Positions 57,153-64,000 of a stretch of 64,000 nucleotides of DNA are shown here, one piece after another. The first letter of the stretch is position 1; each line of letters opens with the position of its first letter. Where the stretch lies: assembly GCA_965198885.1 (NCBI GenBank), contig OZ240677.1, forward strand, positions 2,538,085 to 2,602,084, given 5' to 3'. The translations under genes and the position numbers were made by a program. This DNA comes from an uncultured Granulicella sp. GTDB lineage: Bacteria > Acidobacteriota > Terriglobia > Terriglobales > Acidobacteriaceae. The notes below the pieces were generated by a model that did no database searches, was not told where the DNA came from, and was given only the letters and a program-made list of their open reading frames with translations.

Positions 57153-58748
57153 ATGAAAGAGGAGAAGACGAGCTCCGGGATTGAGGTGAAGCTGGACTAT
57201 GCGCCGGAGGGGGCGGAGCGCGCCGGGGAGTATCCCTATACGCGCGGAATTCAGCCGACGATGTATCGGGGGCGGCTGTGGACGATGCGGCAGTATGCGG
57301 GGATGGGGGATGCGGAGGAGTCGAACCGGCGCTATAAGTTTCTGCTGGAACAAGGGGCTGGATCTGCCGGCGGCGCCCAGGGGTTAAGTGTGGCGTTCGA
57401 TCTGCCGACGCAGATCGGGTATGACTCGGACTCACCCTTCGCGCTTGGCGAAGTGGGTCGAGTGGGCGTGGCAATCGACTCGATTGAGGACATGGAGCGG
57501 CTGTTCGCCGGGATCAGGCTGGATACGATCTCGACTTCGATGACGATCAACGCGACGGCGTCCATCCTGCTGGCGCTGTATGTGGCGGCGGCGAAGCGGG
57601 CGGGATCTGAAGTGCGAAAGCTGACGGGGACGATTCAGAACGATATTTTGAAGGAGTACATCGCGCGGGGGACGTACATCTTTCCGGTGCGGCATGCGAT
57701 GCGGCTGGTGACGGACGTGTTCGCATGGGCGGCGGTGGAGGTGCCGGAGTGGAATACAATCTCGATCTCCGGCTACCACATGCGGGAGGCGGGATCGACG
57801 GCGGCGCAGGAGGTGGCGTTTACGCTGGCGGACGCGAAGACGTACGTGCGGGCGGCGGTGGATACGGGGATGGAGGTGGATGCATTTGCGGGCCGGCTGA
57901 GCTTCTTCTTCAACGCGCATAACAACCTGTTTGAGGAGGTCGCGAAGTTTCGCGCGGCGCGGCGGATGTGGGCGCGGATCATGCGGGAGGAGTTCGGGGC
58001 GAAGCTGCCGCGGAGCTGGATGATGCGGTTTCACGCGCAGACGGCGGGGAGCACGCTGACCGCAGTGCAGCCGGAGAACAATATCGTGCGGACAACGCTG
58101 CAGGCGCTCGCCGGCGTGCTGGGCGGCACACAGAGTCTGCATACGAATGGGTTCGACGAGGCGCTCGCGCTGCCGACCGAGGCGGCCGCGAGACTGGCAC
58201 TGCGAACCCAGCAGGTGATCGCGCATGAGAGCGGGGTAGCGCAGACGGTAGACCCTTTGGCTGGAAGCTACTTTATCGAAGCGCTGACGGACCAGCTTGA
58301 GGCCCGGGCTCAGGTCTATCTGAGGACGATCGCGGGGTTCGATGGGACCGGGCGCGGCATGGGAATGCTACGGGCGATCGAGCAGGGGTATGTGCAGCGG
58401 GAGATCCAGAATGCGGCGTATAGGTATCAGCGGGAGGTGGATGCGGGCGAGGCAGTGGTGGTGGGGGTGAATCGCTTTGCGGACGCGGGCGCCGACCAGA
58501 CGGTGACGGTGCAGCGGATCGATGAGCATCTGGAACGGCGGCAGGTGGAGCGGGTGAGAGCGCTTCGAGCGCGGCGGGATGCGGTGCGATGGGAGGCTTC
58601 GCTACGTCGCGTGGGAGATGCGGCGCGCGGCGCGGAGAATCTGCTGCCGGGGATACTGGAGGCGGTGGAGGCGAGCGCAACCGTGGGGGAGATTGCGGAT
58701 ACGCTGCGCGGGGTCTTTGGGGAGTACCGGGAGTCGGTGGTGGTTTAG
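57153..58748 (+). CDS. Methylmalonyl-CoA mutase, stand-alone substrate-binding (large) subunit
   Basis: [15 protein letters not shown] (Tyr specificity position), [47 protein letters not shown]; no DxHxxG cobalamin domain. Confidence 0.93.
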   Translation: MKEEKTSSGIEVKLDYAPEGAERAGEYPYTRGIQPTMYRGRLWTMRQYAGMGDAEESNRRYKFLLEQGAGSAGGAQGLSVAFDLPTQIGYDSDSPFALGEVGRVGVAIDSIEDMERLFAGIRLDTISTSMTINATASILLALYVAAAKRAGSEVRKLTGTIQNDILKEYIARGTYIFPVRHAMRLVTDVFAWAAVEVPEWNTISISGYHMREAGSTAAQEVAFTLADAKTYVRAAVDTGMEVDAFAGRLSFFFNAHNNLFEEVAKFRAARRMWARIMREEFGAKLPRSWMMRFHAQTAGSTLTAVQPENNIVRTTLQALAGVLGGTQSLHTNGFDEALALPTEAAARLALRTQQVIAHESGVAQTVDPLAGSYFIEALTDQLEARAQVYLRTIAGFDGTGRGMGMLRAIEQGYVQREIQNAAYRYQREVDAGEAVVVGVNRFADAGADQTVTVQRIDEHLERRQVERVRALRARRDAVRWEASLRRVGDAARGAENLLPGILEAVEASATVGEIADTLRGVFGEYRESVVV

Positions 58749-58887
58749 GTCGTTTGCGGCCGCAGACGGTACCGGAACGGCGACGGAACAGGCGGAGGCG
58801 GGATGCTCGCTGCGTTTCGGGGTGACCATCACCTCGGTTACCGGGTGCCGAAATAACGCGAAGGACGGTTGCGGCATCGCATTGCAG

Positions 58888-59400
58888 ATGATTGCAGCGG
58901 TGCTTGGTCTGGCGATGGGGATGGTGACGGCGGGCGATGGGCCGGTTGCGATTCCGGAGGTTCGTGGAACGACGTTTGCGGGAGAGACGGTGGCGCTGCC
59001 GGAGGCGCTCAAGGGAAGGGTCGGAGTGCTGATTGTGGGGTTCAGTGAGGCGTCCCGGAAGGAGGCGGCGGACTGGGGACACAAGCTGGCGGATGATCCG
59101 CAGCGGCCGGCGGAGCTTGCGTACTACGAGATGCCGGTGCTGGAGTCCGTGCCGAGATTGCTGCGCGGGTGGGTGCTGAAGAAGATCAAGGAATCGGTGT
59201 CGCAGAACGGGCAAAAGCACTTCCTGCCGATTCTGGGTCACGAAGCGGAGTGGAAGAAAGCTGTTCAATACAACAAAGCAGACGATGCCTATCTGCTGGT
59301 CGTGGATGGGAACGGGGTCGTGCGTTGGCGCGGCGAGGGGGCGCTGAGCGATGCGGCTTACGCGGAGGTGAAGCGGCAGGTGGCGGAAGTCGGGCGCTAG
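58888..59400 (+). CDS. Exported thioredoxin-fold protein without CxxC (ATP10-like)
   Basis: PEVRGTTFAGETVALP, VLIVGFS, YLLVVDGNGVVRWRGEG. Confidence 0.6.
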   Translation: MIAAVLGLAMGMVTAGDGPVAIPEVRGTTFAGETVALPEALKGRVGVLIVGFSEASRKEAADWGHKLADDPQRPAELAYYEMPVLESVPRLLRGWVLKKIKESVSQNGQKHFLPILGHEAEWKKAVQYNKADDAYLLVVDGNGVVRWRGEGALSDAAYAEVKRQVAEVGR

Positions 59401-59462
59401 GTTTGTTGATGGGATCGATTGCGGCGCTCGCCGGGAAGTAGGCTGGTGCTGAGCGAGGAACG

Positions 59463-59912
59463 GTGATGGACGCGAGTCAGAAGCGGTTGAACGAGATGGA
59501 TCGGCTGGGGGATATGGGGCATTTTCCGGCGGTGGTGAACGCCGGGGCTACGTTGAATGTGCTGGTGACGATGCTGGCTACTTGGTGGGTTGAGCCCAGA
59601 TGGCCGGCGTTGGCTGGGGTTTGGGTCGCGGTGGTGCTCGCGGCGAACCTGCTGCCGGTGGCTGTGTTGCGGATGACGATGGGGGCTGAGACGGAGTATC
59701 CGACGCTCGGGGAGATGGACTTCTTTCGGGATCAGCATAAGTTTTCGGATTGGGTGTACCTGGCGGCGAGTGCGGATATGGCTTTCTGGGTGCTGCTGGG
59801 GTGGACTTGCTCGGCTTTATGGCGGACGAAGGGGACGTTGGTGGGGTTGATGGTGGTGGCGGGGGTGGCTACGTTCTCGCCGGTGCTGGTGAGAGGGATG
59901 CGGAAGGGGTGA
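59463..59912 (+). CDS. Hypothetical membrane protein (about 4 TM)
   Basis: 149 aa hydrophobic ORF with host-like codon usage. Confidence 0.65.
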   Translation: MMDASQKRLNEMDRLGDMGHFPAVVNAGATLNVLVTMLATWWVEPRWPALAGVWVAVVLAANLLPVAVLRMTMGAETEYPTLGEMDFFRDQHKFSDWVYLAASADMAFWVLLGWTCSALWRTKGTLVGLMVVAGVATFSPVLVRGMRKG

Positions 59913-60049
59913 GTGCTGATGACGGGGGCGGCTGGTATAGCAAGGCTGGCGGGGATAGAACGGAAAAAGGGATCAAAGCGGATGAAAGGCTTATGAATGG
60001 AACGGTGCTAACCTTTTAGAGGCTCGGTTAATGGGCTTGAGGTGGTTGG

Positions 60050-61213
60050 ATGGCAGTGGATTCGCAGGTTGTGGAGGCGTTCGCGAAGCTGAGGGTGACG
60101 GCGCTGAACGTGACGCATCGGGCGCACAAGGCGAAGATGGTCGACTTTGGCGGGTGGGATATGCCGGTCCAGTATGAGGGGCTGATCGCGGAGCATATGG
60201 CGGTGCGGACGGCGGTGGGGCTGTTCGATGTGTCGCACATGGGGGATATTCAACTGCGCGGACCGGGGTCGCTGGCGGCGGTGCAGCGGCTGCTGATGAA
60301 CGATGCAAGCAAGCTGCAGACGGGGCAGGCGCACTACTCGGCGATGCTGTATGAGAATGGGACGTTTGTCGATGATGTGGTGCTGCATAAGCTGTCAGAC
60401 AACGACTATTTGATTGTGATCAATGCGGGGACGCGGGAGAAGGATGTGGCCTGGGTGCGGCGGCAGATCGGCCATATGCCGGGTGTGCACGTCAACGATT
60501 TTTCCGACTACTACACGCAGCTTGCGATCCAGGGGCCGAAGGCGGAGGCTACGCTGCAGAAGCTGACGAGCACGGATCTGAGTGGGATCAAGAACTACTG
60601 GTTCACGTGGGGGCAGGTGTGTGGGTGCCACAACGTGATGATCGCGCGGACGGGGTATACGGGCGAGGATGGGTTCGAGATTTATATCCCGAGCGATGAG
60701 CCGACGAGCAGCCGGGTGTGGGGTGAGGTGCTGGATGCGGGGGCGGAGTTCGGGATTGTGCCGTGTGGGCTGGGAGCGAGGAATACGCTGCGGCTGGAGA
60801 GCGCGATGGCGCTGTATGGGCATGAGATCTCTGAGACGATCAATGTGTTTGAGGCGGGGCTGGGGCGGTACTGCAAGCTGGATAAGGGATCGGAGTTTGT
60901 CGGGGCTGCGGCGCTCAGAGAAATTGAGGCGAGCGGTGGGCCGAAGCGGAAGCTGGTGGGGCTGGAGATGGTTGACCGCGGGATTGGACGGGATGGCTAC
61001 CCGGTGTTCAGCCTGAGCGGAGAGAAGATTGGGGAGGTGACAAGTGGGTCGCCGGGACCGTTTGTGAAGAAGAATCTTGCGCTGGCGTATGTGCCGGTGG
61101 AGTATGCGGGTGTGGATGAGGTTGTGGCGGTTGAGATACGCGGGGCCTTGGTGAAGGCGAAGGTTGTGGCGACGCCGTTTTATAAGAGGGCGAAGAAGAG
61201 TGTGGTTGTCTAA
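60050..61213 (+). CDS. gcvT: Glycine cleavage system aminomethyltransferase T
   Basis: [51 protein letters not shown]. Confidence 0.97.
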   Translation: MAVDSQVVEAFAKLRVTALNVTHRAHKAKMVDFGGWDMPVQYEGLIAEHMAVRTAVGLFDVSHMGDIQLRGPGSLAAVQRLLMNDASKLQTGQAHYSAMLYENGTFVDDVVLHKLSDNDYLIVINAGTREKDVAWVRRQIGHMPGVHVNDFSDYYTQLAIQGPKAEATLQKLTSTDLSGIKNYWFTWGQVCGCHNVMIARTGYTGEDGFEIYIPSDEPTSSRVWGEVLDAGAEFGIVPCGLGARNTLRLESAMALYGHEISETINVFEAGLGRYCKLDKGSEFVGAAALREIEASGGPKRKLVGLEMVDRGIGRDGYPVFSLSGEKIGEVTSGSPGPFVKKNLALAYVPVEYAGVDEVVAVEIRGALVKAKVVATPFYKRAKKSVVV

Positions 61214-61216
61214 GGG

Positions 61217-61277
61217 GCAACGGCAAGTGCAATACGGAGGTTCTGACCCTGAGCTGCGCCTAGGGTCAGAATGACAA
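61217..61277 (+). repeat. Composite extragenic repeat, copy 3 (variant palindrome)
   Basis: GGCAACGGCAAGTGCAATAC-GGAGG-TTCTGACCCT...AGGGTCAGAA-TGACA between gcvT and gcvH. Confidence 0.7.
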
Positions 61278-61306
61278 GATTTTGGCAGATTCAAGAAGGA
61301 GAGTGG

Positions 61307-61705
61307 ATGGCTTATCCGAGTGGTTACAAGTACACGAAGACGCATGAATGGGTTGAGGTTGAGGGCAAGGCGGGGTCAGTGGGGATCACTGACTATGCGC
61401 AAAGTTCCCTGGGGGACATCGTCTTTGTCGAGTTGCCGAAGGTGGGCGATGCGTTGAAGGCGGGGACGATCTTTGGGTCAGTGGAGAGCGTGAAGGCCGT
61501 CAGTGATTTGTACGCGCCGGTAAGCGGAACCGTGACTGAGATCAATGAGGCGCTGAACGGTACCCCGGAGACGATCAATACAGATGCGAATGAGACCTGG
61601 CTGTACAAGTTTGAGCTTGCGGATGAAGGCGAGTTGACGTCGCTCGGGGCGCTGATCGATGCGGCGGCTTATGAGACGTTTGTCAGCGAAGAGACAGGAC
61701 ACTAA
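61307..61705 (+). CDS. gcvH: Glycine cleavage system H protein
   Basis: [15 protein letters not shown], lipoyl site VESVKAVSD; AAGGAG RBS before ATG 61307. Confidence 0.97.
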   Translation: MAYPSGYKYTKTHEWVEVEGKAGSVGITDYAQSSLGDIVFVELPKVGDALKAGTIFGSVESVKAVSDLYAPVSGTVTEINEALNGTPETINTDANETWLYKFELADEGELTSLGALIDAAAYETFVSEETGH

Positions 61706-61707
61706 CG

Positions 61708-63066
61708 ATGCGCTATCTACCAAAGAGCCCTGTGGACCGCAAGGAGATGCTTGCGGAGATCGGCGTCGAGTCGATCGATGATTTGTTTGCGACGATTCCG
61801 GCTGAGTATCAACTCAAGCGGGATCTGAATGTGCCGCGGCAACATGCGGAGAGTGAGATTATCGACCGATTCCGCGGGTATGCGGAGAACAATGCGACGG
61901 GCTATGCGAGCTTCTTGGGTGCGGGGGTGTATCGGCACTACAAGCCGGTGATCATCGACAGCCTGGTGCAGCGCGGCGAGTTTTTGACGAGCTACACGCC
62001 GTATCAGCCGGAGATCGCGCAGGGGACGCTGCAGGCGATGTTCGAGTTCCAGACGATGATCTGTGAGCTGACCGGCATGGAGATTGCCAACGCGAGCATG
62101 TATGACGGGAGCACGGGCGCGGCTGAGGCGATCATGATGGCGGTGCGGGTGACCGGGCGCAACGGTGCGGTGGTCGCGCGAACGGTGCATCCGGAGTATC
62201 GCGAGGTGATCCAGACGTATGCGACGCACCAGGAGATTCCGCTGAGCGAGGTGGGATATGCCTCGAACGGGCGGGTGGATATGGCGGCGTTAGAGAAAGC
62301 GATTGGGGAAGATACGGCTTGTGTGCTGATCCAGTCGCCGAACTTCTTTGGGACGATTGAGGATGTGGCGGCGATTGCTGCGCTGGCGCATAAACGGGGG
62401 GCGTTGCTGATCGTTTCGATTGCGGAGGCGATCTCGCTGGGGATCGTGAAGGCTCCGAGCGAGGCGGATATTGTGTCGCTGGAGGCGCAGAGCTATGGGG
62501 TCTCGCTGGGGTATGGCGGGCCGTACTGCGGGGTGATTGCGTGCAAGGAGAAGTTCCTGCGGCAGATGCCGGGACGGCTGATCGGCGAGACGAAGGATGT
62601 GAACGGCAAGCGCGGCTATGTGTTGACCTTGAGTACGCGAGAGCAGCATATCCGGCGGGAGAAGGCGACGAGCAACATCTGTACCAACCAGGCGCTGGTG
62701 GCTTTGATGACGACCATCTACCTGACCGTATACGGCAAGGAAGGGATGCGAGAGCTGAGCGAGCATAACCTGGCGAAGGCTGATTATCTGCGTTCAGTCC
62801 TGAGCGATAAGGGGAAGGTCTTGTTCGATGGGGCGCCGCGGTTCCACGAGTTTGTGCTGGATGTGGCGCAGGGTGCGGAGGCGATGAACGCCGGGCTGCT
62901 GGAGAAGAAGATCATCGGCGGCCTGGCGCTGGAGCAGTGGTATCCGGAGCTTGGGCCGGGGGCGAGTTTGTGGTGTGCGACTGAGGTGACGACGCGGGTG
63001 CAAATGGATGCGGCTGCGGAGGCTCTGACAGCGGTTGCTCATCCGTTGATGCTGGTGAATGCTTGA
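61708..63066 (+). CDS. gcvPA: Glycine dehydrogenase (decarboxylating) subunit 1
   Basis: [46 protein letters not shown]. Confidence 0.97.
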   Translation: MRYLPKSPVDRKEMLAEIGVESIDDLFATIPAEYQLKRDLNVPRQHAESEIIDRFRGYAENNATGYASFLGAGVYRHYKPVIIDSLVQRGEFLTSYTPYQPEIAQGTLQAMFEFQTMICELTGMEIANASMYDGSTGAAEAIMMAVRVTGRNGAVVARTVHPEYREVIQTYATHQEIPLSEVGYASNGRVDMAALEKAIGEDTACVLIQSPNFFGTIEDVAAIAALAHKRGALLIVSIAEAISLGIVKAPSEADIVSLEAQSYGVSLGYGGPYCGVIACKEKFLRQMPGRLIGETKDVNGKRGYVLTLSTREQHIRREKATSNICTNQALVALMTTIYLTVYGKEGMRELSEHNLAKADYLRSVLSDKGKVLFDGAPRFHEFVLDVAQGAEAMNAGLLEKKIIGGLALEQWYPELGPGASLWCATEVTTRVQMDAAAEALTAVAHPLMLVNA

Positions 63067-63290
63067 GGGAATTGACGGGGTACAAGATGATGTTTCAGTT
63101 TCTGGAGGATCGGTACGATCGTCTGCCTTCGGATGAGCTGGGAGTGCTGCTCGGAGACTTATCGCTGTCTATCTGGGACGATGGAGAACCTGGTGATCCG
63201 GCGATCAAGGCGGAGTGGGAGCGGGCTTGCGAGCGTGCGTTGAAGGATGCGTCGATCGAGGATGTTGTGCCGATGCGGAGAGCGGGCTGA
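63063..63290 (+). CDS. Small acidic hypothetical protein inside the gcv operon
   Basis: TTG overlaps the gcvPA TGA (alternative ATG 63087); [32 protein letters not shown]. Confidence 0.6.
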   Translation: MRELTGYKMMFQFLEDRYDRLPSDELGVLLGDLSLSIWDDGEPGDPAIKAEWERACERALKDASIEDVVPMRRAG

Positions 63291-63293
63291 CGC

Positions 63294-63638
63294 GTGGATA
63301 TCTCGGGGATTATCGGGCAGGAGGTCAAGTCGGTTGCATTTGTTGAGGATTTCCTGGAGCTGCGATTTGGGACGCCTTGCCTGACGCTGTATGACTGGCC
63401 GCATGTTTTGTTGACGGACTTCTCCGTTGCGTATGGCGAGCCGGAGTACCGGAATGCGCTGTGTGCGCAGATTGGCGAAGAGGTGGTTGAGGCATCGCTG
63501 GAGGAAGGCGATGCGTTGACGATCGAGCTGGCGAATGGAGTGGTGTTCGGGTTGAGTTTGCGGGAAGAGGATGTGGATGGACCGGAGTCGGGAAGTTACT
63601 CGGAGACCGGAATGGCTGTGGATGCGGAAGAGTTTTGA
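63294..63638 (+). CDS. Acidic hypothetical protein inside the gcv operon, 114 aa
   Basis: GTG start 3 nt after the preceding stop; beta-rich pattern VKSVAFVEDFLELRF...YRNALCAQIG. Confidence 0.7.
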   Translation: MDISGIIGQEVKSVAFVEDFLELRFGTPCLTLYDWPHVLLTDFSVAYGEPEYRNALCAQIGEEVVEASLEEGDALTIELANGVVFGLSLREEDVDGPESGSYSETGMAVDAEEF

Positions 63639-63710
63639 GGCGCTCCGCGGCGGCAGGTTTACCGAGTGGCAAGGGGTTCTCCGTTGAATGATCTGGTCAA
63701 GGGTGTAGCG

Positions 63711-63881
63711 ATGGAAGTTCGCGAGTTAAGCGTCGTTGGAGTGTTTCTGGCGGCGATGGTTCCGGGGTATCTTTGGGTCCGCAGGGCGGCTACATCGAAC
63801 GAGGTGATTGGGCGCACGGCGATTGTTGGCGCAGCGTTGTTTGGGGCTGCGGTGGCGGAAGGTATTCGGCGGCGCAAGTAG
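63711..63881 (+). CDS. Small two-TM protein
   Basis: 56 aa, two hydrophobic segments, basic tail IRRRK. Confidence 0.4.
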   Translation: MEVRELSVVGVFLAAMVPGYLWVRRAATSNEVIGRTAIVGAALFGAAVAEGIRRRK

Positions 63882-63912
63882 TACGCGAGATGTTTGAGAC
63901 AGTGAGGTTTCA

Positions 63913-64000
63913 ATGGCAACGATGACGCAGGTTCCGGAAGTAAGCGCGGCGAGCGAGACGAAGTTTGTAGGGACGCCGAAGAAGGCGACGACGCATGTCA
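63913..64000 (+). CDS. gcvPB: Probable N-terminus of glycine dehydrogenase subunit 2 (runs off the window)
   Basis: GAGG RBS then MATMTQVPEVSAASETKFVGTPKKATTHV, open to the edge; expected position after gcvPA; only 29 codons visible. Confidence 0.55.
   Translation, partial: MATMTQVPEVSAASETKFVGTPKKATTHV

Noticed and set aside
13087-59400. Long N-terminal extensions in the ORF track (13087-13815, 16472-17497, 19079-20224, 35417-36739, 36177-37388, 41158-44094, 52571-53614, 58579-59400)
   Set aside because: Most extensions overlap neighbouring genes or are low-complexity; internal starts at the recognisable domain boundary, several with a clear RBS, fit better
59913-60049. Glycine riboswitch upstream of gcvT
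   Set aside because: The gap is only 137 bp and lacks the GGAGA...CCGAAG...CTCAGG aptamer landmarks

Overview
Bacterial chromosome segment, by gene families most likely from a subdivision-1 Acidobacterium (Granulicella/Edaphobacter/Terriglobus-like; inference). (1) 1-3955, core-type DNA: AMIN-domain cell-wall amidase, a conserved exported membrane protein, a promoter-plus-terminator unit that may be an unannotated small RNA, and tRNA-Thr(CGT). (2) About 3956-33990: a roughly 30 kb island of visibly different composition behind the tRNA, with no integrase seen. It is packed with catabolic oxidoreductases: icd, two TetR regulators, a short/branched acyl-CoA dehydrogenase, MFS, a 3-hydroxyisobutyryl-CoA hydrolase-like enzyme, thioesterase, a stand-alone class I HMG-CoA reductase, two ALDHs, two Zn-ADHs, an SDR, an Fe-ADH, a ThDP enzyme, a TonB-dependent receptor, a Baeyer-Villiger monooxygenase, a lactate 2-monooxygenase-like enzyme, an acyl-CoA ligase and an RraA/HMG aldolase. 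(3) About 34000-64000, core-type DNA: M48 peptidase, a radical SAM plus class II aldolase pair, glycoside hydrolases, a frameshifted DUF481-like porin gene, a TonB receptor remnant next to a foreign-looking membrane gene, a Tat-exported amine oxidase, a heptaheme cytochrome c-TPR operon, methylmalonyl-CoA mutase, and gcvT-H-PA-(three small ORFs)-PB. A composite hexamer-plus-palindrome extragenic repeat occurs three times. The best candidate for an undescribed system is the island catabolic pathway with its orphan class I HMG-CoA reductase. All family calls come from motif recognition by eye; no searches were run.
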